DNA from: Prorocentrum cordatum
Taxonomy: Eukaryota
Length of the DNA stretch: 64,000 nt
Reading direction: 5' to 3'
NCBI GenBank assembly: GCA_963575745.1
Contig: CAUYUJ010000253.1
Span: 1-64,000, forward strand
Shown here: in pieces, positions 13,593 to 26,353 of the stretch
Layout of the letters: each line of letters opens with the position of its first letter
Numbering within the stretch: the stretch's first letter is position 1
Translations under genes and position numbers: made by a program
Notes under the pieces: model-generated
The model's input: only the letters and a program-made list of their open reading frames with translations
Database searches by the model: none
Told to the model about the DNA's origin: nothing

Positions 13593-13639
<47 letters not shown>

Positions 13640-13740
13640 CTGATGAGGATGATGAGGATGCTGAGGATGATGAGGATGATGTTGATGTTGATGTTGATGT
13701 TGATGTTGATGTTGATGTTGATGTTGATCATGATGATGGT
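13240..13740. repeat. (GAT)n/(GATGCT)n microsatellite
   Basis: Direct inspection. Confidence 0.95.
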
Positions 13741-13859
13741 TCTGCGAATATCCGTAAGGGCTTCGCCCCCTGCCGCCAGCCACCTCTCTCGGAGAATGGG
13801 CCATGGAAGAGCGAAGTCATGAGGCTTTGGCTTCGCCGTGAAGAAGTGTCGGGACCTGT

Positions 13860-14411
13860 TTGTTTTTGGATCCTGACCCTACGGATTTGCATGAGGGGTG
13901 CCGCCGAATTTAAGAAATGTAGCAAATCCCCCGTGTTTTTGGACCCTGACCCTGCCGTTCTGCGTGAGGGGTGCCGCCGAATCTGAGAAATGTAGCAAAT
14001 ACCTTGGGTTTGGGACCGTGACCCTGCCGATCTGCGTGAGGGGTGCCACCGAATTTCAGAAATGCAGCAAATCCCTTATGCTTTTGGACCCTGACCCTGC
14101 CGATCTGCGTGAGGGGTGCCACTGAATCTCAGGAATGTAGGAAATCTTAAGTGTTTTTGGACCCTGACCCCGCCTGTCTGCGTGAGGGGTGCCACCGAAT
14201 TTCAGAAATGTAGCAAATCCCATATGTTTTTACACCCTGACCCTGCCGATCTGCGTGAGGGGTGCTACCGAATGTCGGACATTTTGCGAATCCCATGTAT
14301 TTTTGCACCCTGACCCCGCCGATCTGCGTGAGGGGTGCCACCGAATTTCAAACATGTGGCACGTCCCTTCTGTTTTTGGACCCTGACCCCGCCGATCTGC
14401 GTGAGGGGTGT
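13860..14411 (+). repeat. 73-bp minisatellite, ~8 units
   Basis: gaggggtg recurs at 13893, 13966, 14038, 14111, 14184, 14257, 14330 and 14403. Confidence 0.9.
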
Positions 14412-14667
14412 CAATTTTTACTCCCCCTGAAATTCTGAGAACCCTCCCAGGGCGTGGTAAAAATGCTTGTTTTGGCCCTCCCCCCCTCGCGCGGTCCATC
14501 AACAAGGAACAGTCACGCAGCTGGAAGTCAACGAGGAACAGTGAGCAGCAAGAGGCAGAACTGCAACAGTGGAAGCTGGAAGCCGCCACTGGCACAGGAA
14601 ACTGCGAAGCTCAGCCCGACAGCCTGGTGGCCCCACACGGGGGCCGGCGGATGGCGTGGCAGGCCTA

Positions 14668-14990
14668 CGGTAGGTTCGTGTCGTGTCGACCGGCGGCGAC
14701 CCCGCCGTTGGCGTTCAATGTTGAACGCCGCTGGCGACCCAGAATCGGTCGATGTGGAACGAAATGGACGTTTCGGAAGCGGCCGATCTTTCAAGGTTGA
14801 ACGATCCCCGCGGTGTCAGAAACCAACGCCGAAGTCGACACGACACGAACCTGCCGGTAGGTTCGTGTCGTGTCGACCGGCGGCGACCCCGCCGTTGGCG
14901 TTCAATGTTGAACGCCGCTGGCGACCCAGAATCGGTCGATGTGGAACGCTCTGATGTTTCTGGGACGGCCGATCGTTCAAACTCGAACGA
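14668..14990. mobile_element. TIR element (cggtaggttcgtgtcgtgtcgac...gtcgacacgacacgaacctgccg) with a tandem partial copy
   Basis: 187-bp periodicity; palindromic junction at ~14834-14877. Confidence 0.7.
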
Positions 14991-15803
14991 GCTCCGTGGT
15001 GCCAGCGGCCCGGCGGGTCCGAGGGGGCCCCAGACACCCCAAGACACCCCCAAGACACCCCAGGACAACCCCAGACACCCCCAGACCCCCAGACGTCGCT
15101 CGGGTGGGCCCCCCGAGAGGGGCCAGTGGCCCGGCGGGTCCGAGGGGGCCCCAGACACCCCAAGACACCCCCAGGCACCCCCAGACCCCCAGACCCCCTA
15201 GACGCCCAGCCCCCCAGACCCGCAGACCCCAACCCCTCCACCTCTCCACCCCCTCACCGCTCCACCCCGGGCAGAGGCGTGTTCGAGAGGGGGGCAAAGA
15301 GGGGGGGGGATGACTAGGGGGGCGGTGGATATCGTGGCGTGGGCCATGACATCTCCCCAGATTTCATGGCGCCTCTTCTTGTTTCATTGCATCCCTGTGT
15401 CCGAGAGGGGGGCAGAGGCGGGTCCGAGAGCAGGCCCGAGTGGGGCAGAGGTGGGTCCTGGGAGTTGGTCCGTGGGCGACCCGACCAGAGGAGGAGGAGG
15501 AGGAGGAGGAGGCGGAGGAGGAGGAGTGAGGGAGGAGGAGGAGGGAGGAGGGAGGGAGGAGGAAGGTTCATGCTGCGACGCGGGGCTTGTGCAACGACGC
15601 GTGCTCCTGCGTGGCTGCTGGCACGCAGGCACACACACACACATGTGCAGCGCACAAAAACCAAGGACCAAGACAAGCGAAGTCGATGAGGAGGGCGATG
15701 CACACACGAGCCGCTCAGGGCCAGGCCAGCATTGAACGGCACCCAGTGCACCCCGAAATTCCTGCACACCTTGAAGTGAAGAGCATCATCTTGGGCCTGG
15801 TAT

Positions 15804-15955
15804 TAGGTCGGGCCTGTCCCTCTACAGGATGAACATCTAAAGATACTTAAGAAATAACCAGGGTACGTTTTTTGAGTATGTTCGAGCATTTTAGGAGTAT
15901 TTTGACCATTTTTTAGTTTTCGTCCAAAATCCTGTAAAGGGACAGGCCCGACCTA
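15804..15955. mobile_element. MITE family 4, TA-flanked; relatives at ~1477-1630 and ~3642-3796
   Basis: TIR taggtcgggcctgtccct / agggacaggcccgaccta with an AT-rich interior. Confidence 0.8.
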
Positions 15956-18039
15956 AGCCTGGTATATTTCCCAAAAGCAGGGTGCGGGTGTCAATCTGCC
16001 CCAGGAAGGCGGGGTCGTGCTACAGGGCAACGTCTGAGACCCGCTGCTTGCACTCGGCGACGCTGTCCCAGCCAGCTCTGCATGCGCCAGGCACGGCAGG
16101 TCGCTGCTCGCCACGTGGGAGCCGTTGTACATCACGAGAAGGGTCGTTGACAGCATCTTCCATCTCGCGTTGCTTCGGGAGGCGAGGACGGCGCGCCGAA
16201 CGAGAACACGCGCTTCGGCACCACCACCCGAACGATCGAAGCCTCCAGCACCTGGAGCGAAGCCCAAGTGGAGCCTCTGGCATCTCGTGCGGGGGCCACT
16301 GGCCACAGCGGGGCAGCCTGCACCTCTCGACCGGAGGGACCGCCTGCGGCGGGGGCGCCGCAACGGCGCGGGCGGGCGGCTCGGCTGGGCCTCCTCGGAA
16401 GGCGCGAGCAGTCGTCTCCGAGATCCGGCGCTCCGACGAAAAGTGGAGCGTCGGCATCCAGGGGCCCTCGCAGGGCCTCGGGGCCGTCAAGCAACGCAAC
16501 GACGCAGGACGAAGCCCAGGCCCCCAGGGCCCACGCATCGAAGAAGCTGGAGCACCCGGACGACCAGGGTTCTGTCGTTCCCATCGTACTTAAGGACCAC
16601 ATCCCAGAAAGAAGTTCGAGCCCCCCGACAAGTATCGAGACAGTGCCGAACGAGCATCGCCTCCCAGGGCCCGACACGTGAAAACCCTGCAGATTCTGTA
16701 CTCTCTTGGTGCTCGAAATCCTCTCTGGTGATCAGGGCAAAAGCAGGCTGGAGCAGCAGAAGTCCAGGGGCAGACACGGGCAGCCGTGGGCAGTGAGCTG
16801 GCGGCGCCGGCAGCGGCCGAGAGCAGCACGAGCGCCAGCTGGTCCAGCAGGTCGGGCGCCGGACACAGGAGCCTAGCGGCGGCAGCGTCGCGAGGGCCTC
16901 GGTGCTGGCAGGGGCCCGGGGCGGCAGGCTCGCGCCACGTCGCGGGGACGTCGGCCGCGCGGGGCGAGGCGCGCGTCCGATTCGGGCCGCGCAGCCGAGC
17001 CTCGGCCCCCTGCTGGTCGGGCTCATCTCGTGGCGCGCGGCCGCAGGAGGAGAAGGAGGAGGAGGAGGAGGAGGAGGAGGAGGAGAAGGGGGAGGAGGAG
17101 GGAGGAGGAGGAGGGAGGAGGAGGAGGAGGAGGAGGAGGAGGAGGGAGGGAGGAGGAGGAGGAGGAGGAGGAGGAGGAGGAGGAGGAGGAGGAGGAGGAG
17201 GAGGAGGAGGAGGAGGGAGGAGGAGGAGGAGAGGAGGAGGAGGGGAGGAGGAGGAGGAGGAGGGGAGGAGGAGAGGAGAGGAGGAGGAGGAGAGGAGGAG
17301 GAGGAGGAGGAGGAGGAGGAGGAGGAGGAGGAGGGAGAGAGGAGGAGGAGGAGGAGGAGGAGGAGGAGGAGAGGAGGAGGAGGAGGAAGCGGAGGAGGCG
17401 CAGGATGCGGGAGGCGGAGGAGGGAGGAGGAGGGAGGACGGGGGAAGGGGCGAGGAGCCTCCTCCCTCCTCCCTCCCGACCCCCTGGCCGTCCGGCCTTC
17501 CTCGGCGTCGGCGTCCAGGGCGCCAGGGCCGGCGCGCTCCCCAGCGGCCTCGCGGCCTACGAGGCGGACGCGCACCCCGTGTGCGGCCTGCTGTGGAGGC
17601 CCCGAGGGGCGGATGGGCAACTACTACTACGGGGGGAGGGATGCGTCGACCCCCCACCATCCACTGATCGCCGATAGGGGTCCGAGAGCCTTGCCAGCTT
17701 AAAGGAGCTGATTGGCCTGTTTTCCACCACCACCACCACCATAAGTTGAAGGGGGAGGGGGTCCTCCTCCTCCCCCTCCTCCTTCTCCTCCTCCTCCTCC
17801 TCCTCCTCCTCCTCGTCCTCCTCCTCCTCCTCCTCGTCCTCCTCCTCCTCCTCCTCCTCCTCCTCCTCCTCCTCCTCGTCCTCCTCTTCCTCCTCCTCCT
17901 TGCCCCCTCCAGCTTGTGGTGGTGGTTGTGGAAAGCAGGCCCATCGGGAGCTCGAAGGGAGGAGGGCGAGGAGATCGGGGCAGAGGTGCTGCCGTGCCTC
18001 CGCCTGCCTCGTCTCCGGCCCCTCCCCTCCCCCCCCGAG

Positions 18040-18129
18040 GCGGCCGCAGGGAGCCCCGGCCGGGCTTGGCGCGGGGGGCGTCGGCGGCGCGCCCGAGGAG
18101 TCGCCGTGGCAGAGCAGCTGCTCGACGAG
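18040..18129 (+). CDS. Candidate low-complexity tail exon of the kinase gene (RPQGAPAGLGAGGVGGAPEESPWQSSCST)
   Basis: AG acceptor after a pyrimidine run and GC donor at 18130; in frame with 19266-19416. Intervening candidate exons (~16005-17620) were not resolved. Confidence 0.4.
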
Positions 18130-18140
18130 GCCAGGGGAGG

Positions 18141-18197
18141 AGGAGGAAGGAGGAGGGAGGAGGGAGGAGGGAGGAGGGAGGACGACGATTGATGCTG

Positions 18198-18230
<33 letters not shown>

Positions 18231-18256
18231 ACGATGATGATGATGATGATGATGAT

Positions 18257-18331
<75 letters not shown>

Positions 18332-18546
18332 GGAGGAGGAGGAGAGGAGAGGAGGAGGAGGAGGATGAGGATGAGGATGAGGATGATGGATGGATGAGGA
18401 TGAGGATGAGGAGAGAGGATGAGGAGGAGGAGGAGGAGGATGATGATAGGATAAGGATGAGGATGATGATGAGGATGATGATGAGGATGATGAGGATGAT
18501 GAGGATGATGAGGATGATGAGGATGATGAGGATGATGAGGATGATG

Positions 18547-18639
<93 letters not shown>

Positions 18640-19040
18640 GGATGAGATGAGGATGAGGAGGATGAGGAGGAGGAGGAGGAGGAGGATGAGGATGATGATG
18701 ATGACGACGATGATGATGACGAGGAGAGGATGGATGAGGATGGATGAGGAGGATGAGGATGAGGATGAGATGAGGATGAGGATGATGAGGAGGAGGATGA
18801 GGAGGGATGAGGATGAGGATGATGATGAGGATGAGGATAAGGAGGATGAGGAGGATGAGGATGATGATGAGGATGAATGATGAGGATGATGAGGATGAGG
18901 TCGATGATGAGGATGAGGATGAGGAGGAGGACGACGATGATTGATGCTGATGATGATGATGAGGAGGAGGAGGGATGAGGAGGAGGAGGAGGAGAGGATG
19001 AGGATGAGGATGAGGATGAGGATGAGATGATGATGATGAC

Positions 19041-19092
<52 letters not shown>

Positions 19093-19262
19093 CTGATGAT
19101 GAGGATGAGGATGAGGATGAGGATGAGGAGGATGAGGATGAGGAGGAGGAGGAGGAGGAGGAGGATGAGGATGAGGATGATGAGGATGAGGATGAGGATG
19201 AGGATGAGGATGATGTTGATGATGATGATGATGAGGAGGAGGAGGAGGAGGAGGAGGAGGAG
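18141..19262. repeat. Compound (GAG)n/(GAT)n microsatellite block
   Basis: Direct inspection; bounded by 14-bp direct repeats. Confidence 0.95.
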
Positions 19263-19265
19263 GAG

Positions 19266-19416
19266 GCCAGGGGAGGCTGACGACCAGGCAGCAGCGTCCG
19301 ACTCTTCCCTCGCTCGACCCTCTTCGGAAGGGGTGGCAGGCGGCAGCGGCACCCGCACGAGGGAGGCCCCGCCTCTACCCCCTGCTTCTGCTGCTGCTGC
19401 TGCTCCTGCTTTCTAA
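19266..19416 (+). CDS. Candidate terminal exon of the kinase gene (PGEADDQAAASDSSLARP...AAAAPAF*)
   Basis: Open frame to TAA at 19414-19416 after removing the microsatellite intron 18130-19265 (GC...AG). Confidence 0.4.
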
Positions 19417-20391
19417 CACGCTACAGTGCTGACACGCTGCCCGCTGGACGTGCGCTCATCAGAAAGGGAGGAAGGAAGGAGGGAAGGGAGGAGCAGGTGG
19501 TGGTGGGACGGTGACATGGGACCTGGGTCCGCGTTCATCTCTAAGACCTCGTGCCTATACCTCCCGATCTGTAAGTGGGGGGGGCACAAGGCGGGTCCGG
19601 CCTTGAAGTAGGCCGAGAAGGGAGGAGGGAGGAGCAGGAGGGAGGAGGGAGGGAAGGGAGGAGCAGGAGTGAGGAGGGAAGGGAGGAGCAGGAGGGAGGA
19701 GGGAAGGGAGGAGCAGGAGGGAGGAGGGAGGAGGAGCGGCGGCGCGCCGAGCGGAGAAGCGAGAGGGGGGCAGGCCTTCTCAGCAAGCGGCCGGGATCTT
19801 CGGAGGCCCTCCCAGCCTTCAGAGAAACCGTCTCCGGCTCCACGAAACGGCTCACACAGCTTCTCTGAAGGTCGGGGGTTGATAGACCTCCTAATTACCC
19901 TGACATGTCGATTGAGGAATTGGCCGCATTCGGTTCGCGAGAGGACGTCGCGGCCGTCATTTTTGCCGGTCCAGGTCCGTCGATTTCGGTCCTAGGCCGT
20001 TTTCACTAAGGGGAGGAGGTTTAATAAAGGGAGGTTTGTCCACCGCCGAGAAGGCCAGAGGCCTGTTGAGGCTGCTGAGAAGGCCCGCCCCCTCTGCCTT
20101 CCCCCAGGGGCGCGCCGCCGAAGCGAGGGAGGATTGACGGGGGGGAGCAGAGGAGCAAGACGTCATGATAACCCCCCGTGTGTCAGGAGGAAAAGAAACA
20201 CACAGACACAATTAATCCTCCATTCCCCAGGAAAATATGGGAAAATATGGGAAGTGGAGGGGAAGACAAAAACCCAGAACATATGGGAAAATATTGGGAT
20301 TGTTTATTATTTGTGTGTATTTATTTGTGTGTCCCAGTTCCCCTCCAGTGTGATAGCACGAATGTGGATCCTCTCGCTCTGCCCGATGGTT

Positions 20392-20410
20392 GTGGCCATC
20401 TGGGCTCAGG
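20392..20410 (+). promoter_or_regulatory. Relict dinoflagellate spliced leader upstream of gene 2
   Basis: gtggccatctgggctcagg vs SL gtagccattttggctcaag (15/19 identical), 34 nt upstream of ATG 20445. Confidence 0.6.
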
Positions 20411-20444
20411 CGCTCGGCCGGGTTTGAGCAACGGTGGGGCGCAG

Positions 20445-20525
20445 ATGTTGGCCCTTGGGCCGTGCGCCCTCGACGCCGCGCGGCGGCGGGTCAGCAAGGT
20501 GCTGCGCGCGTACGGTCGGACCAAG
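20445..20525 (+). CDS. Gene 2 (unknown function) exon 1: MLALGPCALDAARRRVSKVLRAYGRTK
   Basis: ATG just downstream of the SL relic; AAG|GT donor; phase 0. Confidence 0.55.
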
Positions 20526-21815
20526 GTGTAAGATCTAGGTCGGTTCGGGAAGGGTGCCCTAATGGTTTTCGTGTTTGTTGGATGTTCTTGTGCATCTTGG
20601 GGAGGGAACCCTTGGATGTTCTGTGTGTTTTGGCCGTCGGAGGGTCCTATGTTCTTGAAGGATGCTCTTCTGTCCCAGGTCCGACCGTACCACTTCCTCG
20701 CCCCGTGCCTCATAGACTCAACAAGCATGTCTGCACAAGCGGTGCCGAAAAGTATACAAGGAACGAGGACGGAGGTGTTGCACAAGATCAGGGCGCCTAC
20801 ATCCGCGGAGCAGTAGCGTATGCTCTTAAAACCCAAGTCTGGCTGATGTTGTACGTTGTCCCCTTACGGCGGGGACGAGAACCTATTCAGGTACGGCGGC
20901 TCAGCGTAATTCTAGACGCTTCGCGCAGCCCCACCAGCCCATCCAGAAACGATGCCCAGAGGATTTGCCTCGATCAGGGAAGTGGGCAGCACACAAAGGA
21001 AGGGTCCCCCCAGTGGAGGCCTCTTGGAGCGTCTTGGGGGTCTCTTGGTGGTCCCGGGCGCCTCTTGGAGCGTCTTTGGTGCTTCGCAGAGCTTCTTGGG
21101 GCCTCTCGGGTGTCTGTTGGGAGCCTCTTGGGGACCTTTTGGGCGCCTGTTGGGGCCTCCTGGGCGCTTCTTGGGGCCCTCTTGAAGCGCTTTTGGAAGC
21201 CTTGGGAGCGCTCTTGGAACCCTCTTGGCCCATCTTGGAGCCATCATGAGGCCTCGGTTGGCCATCGAGAGCGAAAAGGCGAAAAAGTCAAACATATTGA
21301 TCTTCGCAAGGCGTTGGAAGGATGTTGGCCTTTTCGGGGCCTCCTGGGGGAGCTCTTTCGCCACCGGGAGCCGTCTTGAAACGGTCTTGGGGCCTCTTGG
21401 AACATCGTGGGAACCATTTTGAGTCATCTTGGGGTATCTTGAGCCATTTTGAAGGTCATCTTGGGCTCTCCTAGGCGCTCCTGGAGTTATCTGAATCAGC
21501 GCTCCCCCCGGGAGGCCAAAATGTTGCCAAAACCTGTCCGTAAATCGATGAGTTTGGCATTCTCGCCGGGGTTTCTTGGAACGTCTTGGTGCCTCTGGGG
21601 GGCCTCTTGGGGGCATCCTGGGGGCCTCTTGGGGCCTCCTGGCCACCTCTTGGGGCCCTCTTGGGGCACCCTTGGGAGCCTTGGGAGCGCTCGTGTGGCC
21701 ATCTCGGAAGAGATCGACCAAAGAAGGGGAGTTCCTGAATTAGCCTTGCCCCCCCAAGAGGCCACAATGAGGCCATAACCCTAGTGAAACCAGTGAGTTT
21801 GGCTTCCTCGCCGAG

Positions 21816-21858
21816 GCCGTTGTGGACGCCCTGGCCGCTCGCGGGGCGCCCCGTCCAG
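21816..21858 (+). CDS. Gene 2 exon 2: AVVDALAARGAPRP(G)
   Basis: GAG|G acceptor and CAG|GT donor; phase 0 to phase 1 fits both neighbours. Confidence 0.5.
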
Positions 21859-22022
21859 GTCAAGGGTAGGGGGTAGGGGGAGGGGTCAAAATCCCCTCCC
21901 CACCCGCAAGCCGTCTCGTTCACTCCCACCCGCCTTCCCGACACATACGTAGCACCCGAGCCTGGCCCGAGCCGCAACATATTCAGCAGTCGTCTGTGGA
22001 TGGGCAGCTACTGGGGGCGAAT

Positions 22023-22280
22023 CCGCCGCCGCCCGCCGCCGCCGCCGCCGCGCCGCCGCCGCCGGTGTCCGCTGCCGCCGCCGCCGCGCTGCCCGCCGCC
22101 GCCGCCGCCGCCGCCGCCGCCCCCGCTGCCGAATCGCTGCAGCCGCTGCCGCCGCAGCCGCTGCCGCCACCGCTACCGTCGCCGCCGCCGCCGCCACCGC
22201 CGCCGCCGCCGCCACCGCCCCTGCCGCCGCCGCCGCCGCCGCCCCCGCCGCAGCCGCCGCAGCCGCCGCCGCCGCCGCCA
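22023..22280. repeat. (GCC)n microsatellite
   Basis: Direct inspection. Confidence 0.95.
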
Positions 22281-22559
22281 AGTGTATGTTGTATTGTTTT
22301 TTGATAGGGATGGTGGGGGGAGGCCGCATCGGGTTCGTCGCGCGTGCTCCGAATTTGGAGGCAGAGTGTGTTTTGTATTGTTGTTTGCAATGGATGGTCG
22401 GGGGGTGCCCACATTGTTCCTGGTTGGCTCCTAGTCGCCTGGGGGAGGGGGTGTATATTAATGAGGAACAGTGATCAACCCCCTCCCCGAGGGGGAAGAA
22501 AGGGGGCTGGAAGAGGAGCCGCCCTGAACCACCTACGCCCAGATGACTGGTGGAATTAC

Positions 22560-23200
22560 GCGCAAGCTTCGCAGTCATCTTCAGAAGATAACCTATTCGG
22601 CGATGAAACCCACAACATATGTAAATTTACAGAACGGCTCTGGTCACCGACGGTTGACCGGAGACGCTGAGGACGAGATGACAAGTATTGCATCCGAGGT
22701 GCCAACCTACTCCGGCGTGGACTCACGCGTAATGGCAAACCCGTCGTACACTTGACAGATGCCTACTGCAAGTCACGTCGACCGCAGGTAAGGTCAAACT
22801 ACTCAGCCGAAACGCTCGAATCAACCCACAACTCAGAGGACTGCTACCCGACCATCATTACCCTACATGAGTTAAAAGCGGGGCCGCTCACACTGACACA
22901 CCTCAAGAATATACTTGAGATGGGCGGTGCATGCGTCAAAATTACCTTTACCACTGATGCTGAATATGTGTTCAAATCGCTATCCCAGTTAGGACACTTT
23001 TGAACGCCAGCTGAACGTACGCTATTGGGCCATACTTAGCTGGATTCGGCACATGATGGACATACATATCGTGCACAGCATACAATGGTGTGACACACGG
23101 GCACGACTGCCGATGGACATACCAAAGGCCGTATCGAACGAGGCCTCTTATTTCAGGTAACGGCGGGCACGGCGGGCACGCAATTCTGTAAGGAAGAGCT
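22560..23200 (+). mobile_element. Degenerate Ty1/Copia RNase H fragment in a gene 2 intron
   Basis: KSRRPQVRSNYSAETL, TDAEYVF and TADGHTKGRIER match Copia RNase H motifs (RSTxxAE, TD, ADxxTK); in-frame stops present. Confidence 0.75.
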
Positions 23201-23665
23201 ACAAACTGACATTGTTTAGAAGGTTCCGACCTCGAAGGTTGAGCCCGGCTCATGACGGGCCGGCGGAATATTTCCATATTGTGTGGCTGTGAGACAAGCC
23301 TGTCTTCGTATTCCGCCTATCGTATTTTCCTGTAGTATAATTATTTTTGTTGTTGCCAGCGTCTTTGGGTCCTTCCATATTGGACCCTCGCAAGCCTGTC
23401 GCTGGCACTTCACCAGGTCAGGCCCTGCCGTTTGCAGCATTTTATGTTGCAGGCCCGACGTCGGCTTTTGGCCAGGTCGGGTCCTGCCGCCTCTTTTAGA
23501 GACCCAACTTGGCGTTGGCCGGCTGGATACGGCTCGTACCACCTCGAGCCCCACGGCACCCTGCCACGTGCATTCTTTTCGCAGAAAATGTAGCTCGATA
23601 TTCGATAGCTCGTTTCCTCCCCCTCGACTCTGAAATCGGGGATCACAGGACAAGTATAGATAGGT

Positions 23666-24388
23666 GTGTATATATAAATACATACATACATACATACATA
23701 CATACATACATACATACATACATACATACATACATACCTGCATATATATACATATATATAGATATATATATATATACATAGATGCATACATACATATATA
23801 CATACATGCGTCCATACATACAGACAGACAGACAGGCAGACAGACAGACAGACATACATACATACACATACATACCTACAGACATACGTGTATACATACA
23901 TACATACACACATACATACATACAGCCATACATACATACATACATACATACATACATACATACATACATACACACACATACATACACACATACACACATA
24001 CATGCATGCATATATACATACATATATACATGTATACATACATATATGCATGCATACATACACATACACACACATACATACATACATACATACATACATA
24101 CAAACATACCTACATACATACATACATACATACATACATACATACATACATACATACATACATACATACATACATACATACATACATACACACATATACA
24201 TACATACATACATACATGCATGCATACATGCATACATACATAGACACACACACATACATACATACATACATACATACATGCATGCATGCATGCATGCATG
24301 CATGCATACATGCATGCATACATACATACATACATGCATGCATGCATGCATGCATGCATGCATGCACACATACATACATACATACATA
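23666..24388. repeat. (TACA)n/(TGCA)n microsatellite
   Basis: Direct inspection. Confidence 0.95.
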
Positions 24389-24459
24389 GCGAGCGTGGCG
24401 AGAATCCCGTCGGCGCATGACTCAAGACGCTGGCGCCCCTTTTGCATCGATTGCCTCAG

Positions 24460-24568
24460 GACTCGGCAGTCTACTAACGCACCTAAAACAGAATCTGATC
24501 AATCTTTTGGATGGCGCCCCATCTCTCATCGACCTTCCAACCTGTTGCCATTGCTTTACTTCGGGAAG
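24460..24568 (+). CDS. Gene 2 exon 3: LGSLLTHLKQNLINLLDGAPSLIDLPTCCHCFTSG(R)
   Basis: CAG|G acceptor and AAG|GC donor; phases compatible with exons 2 and 4. Lower GC than the other exons. Confidence 0.45.
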
Positions 24569-24912
24569 GCGGGGAGCGGCGACGGGCCCAGCGCTTGAGG
24601 GGAGGGTCCAGGGAAAGGGAACGACAGAGACGACGACGAACGAATGACGGAGACGACGACTCGAACGGACAAGTCCCTCACACACGGCGCGCGGGTCGGT
24701 GGATTTATGGTCGCCCGGATTGACCCTCGTCCTGGCTTCGTCTTCGTGCGTCCTCGTCCGAGGTCATCTTCGCCCTGGTTTCGTCTCGGGGGGCGCAGGA
24801 GGGAAAGGAAGAGGAGGAGGAGGAGGAGGAGGGAGGGAGGAGGAGGAGGAGGAGGGAGGAGGAGGAGGAGGAGGAGGGGGAGGGAGGGGGAGGGGGAGGG
24901 GGAGGGGGAGGA

Positions 24913-24943
<31 letters not shown>

Positions 24944-25103
24944 GAGGAGAGGAGGAGGAGGAGGGAGGACGAGGAGGAGGAGGAGGAGGAGGAGGAGGAG
25001 GAGGAGGAGGAGGGGGACGAGAAGGACGAGGAGGACGAGGAGGAGGAGGAGGAGGAGGAGGAGGAGGAGGAGGAGGAGGAGGCTGGGAGGGGCCGCGCCC
25101 GAG

Positions 25104-25274
25104 GTGCGGCAGCGACGACCTCGGCAGCGAGGACCTCGGCAGCGACGGCCTCGGCCTCGGCCCGGGCGTCGGCCCGCGCTGGTCCCTGCCCAGCGCCGTG
25201 GGCGGTCGCAGGGCCTCGCGCTCGCCCTCCCTGGCGGACGAGCCCTGGGACTCGCCCGCGCCCTCGGAGGAGCG
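25104..25274 (+). CDS. Gene 2 exon 4: CGSDDLGSEDLGSDGLGLGPGVGPRWSLPSAVGGRRASRSPSLADEPWDSPAPSEE(R)
   Basis: GAG|G acceptor after a GGA tract, high-GC3 codons, CG|GC donor in phase 2. Confidence 0.5.
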
Positions 25275-26211
25275 GCTGCGCGCCGGGGGGGCCTCGCGCC
25301 GACGACGACGACGGCGCCGCCGCCGCCGCCGCCGCCGACGACGAAGCTCCTCGGGTCGGCGGCGAGCCCTTGGGCGGAAGCGAGCCGTGCCTCGGCGCCC
25401 GTGCCCAGGTCTGGCTTGGGGTGTGCTCGCCCGCGTGCCTCGGGGCTGCTTCTGGGAGGTTGGTCGGGAGTGTCCCCTGGTCCAGACTCGAGGCTCCGAG
25501 GAGGGAAAGGTACCCATACCTCGGAGGTGGATAGACCTCCTACCCTGACACGTCGATTAAGGAATTGGCCGTTTTCGGTTCGCGAGAGGGCGTCGCGGCC
25601 GTCATTTTTGCGGGTCCAGGTCCGTCGGTTTCGGTCCCAGGCCGTTTTCACTAAGGGGAGGTTTATTAAAGGGAGGTTTGTCCACCGCCGAATACCGCTG
25701 CCCGTCCCTGGTGTTCGCCTTGGTGGGCCTCCCGGGAGGTCCTCGTCGCCACCGCCGGATTCGCTTCGAAGTTCTGGTCAGAACGCACCCCGGGAGAGGT
25801 CCGGGGAGTAGCAGTATCAGTACGTCTTTGTTTTCCCAGAGGCCACCCAGATGGGGTCAGAGAGTCGCACCGAGGTGTTCCACGCCGACGTCGTCGAGGG
25901 GGGAAGGTTCTCTGGACTCGAGGCCTCCCAGGTTTGGTCAGAGTGGACGGGGCTGGAGGATGAAGTTGTGGCGTGTTCTGGCAGGCCTTTCTGAGCGTTT
26001 CCCAATACGCGTGCCCTCGCACCGCATCGCCGATGCATCGGCGATGCGGCTCGATCTGGAGCTCCCCTCGACTCGAAAAAGAAGCGGCACATACAACAAC
26101 GTTCGGAGCTCCGCGTGGATCTCTTGGATTGGGGCCCCCCAGCGGCGCCTCCAGCGCCGCCGCTGGCGCGCTCCGTGCGCCAGGTCGTTGTTTGGTCCCC
26201 TACAGATGGGG

Positions 26212-26353
26212 CAGGGCTGGACCTAAACGCTGTGTTGCTGGACTTCGGCTGTGCTTTGTTTTTCGTTTTGACAGGAGGGTACAGGAAAACATGTAGAGCA
26301 AAACGAAACACAGAACGAGCACAGCACGCAAACAACGTTTAGGTCCAGCCCTG
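26212..26353. mobile_element. hAT-like MITE nested in a family 2 element
   Basis: TIR cagggctggacctaaacg / cgtttaggtccagccctg with 8-bp flanks agatgggg/agatggga. Confidence 0.7.

Noticed and set aside
13860..14411. CRISPR-like array (conserved ~45 nt plus a more variable ~28 nt)
   Set aside because: The variable parts are homologous to each other, there are no cas genes, and the context is eukaryotic; it is a 73-bp minisatellite.
15600..17620. Additional kinase exons (e.g. WLLAR at ~15612; segments starting ~16005, ~16767 and ~17520)
   Set aside because: Plausible, but frames and splice sites could not be fixed unambiguously without cDNA.
16590..19358. 922-aa ORF and other long poly-E/R/G/P/H/T/V ORFs (e.g. 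6755-8614, 39876-41231, 23410-24447)
   Set aside because: They stay open only because microsatellites and high GC lack stop codons; there are no domain motifs outside the exons listed.
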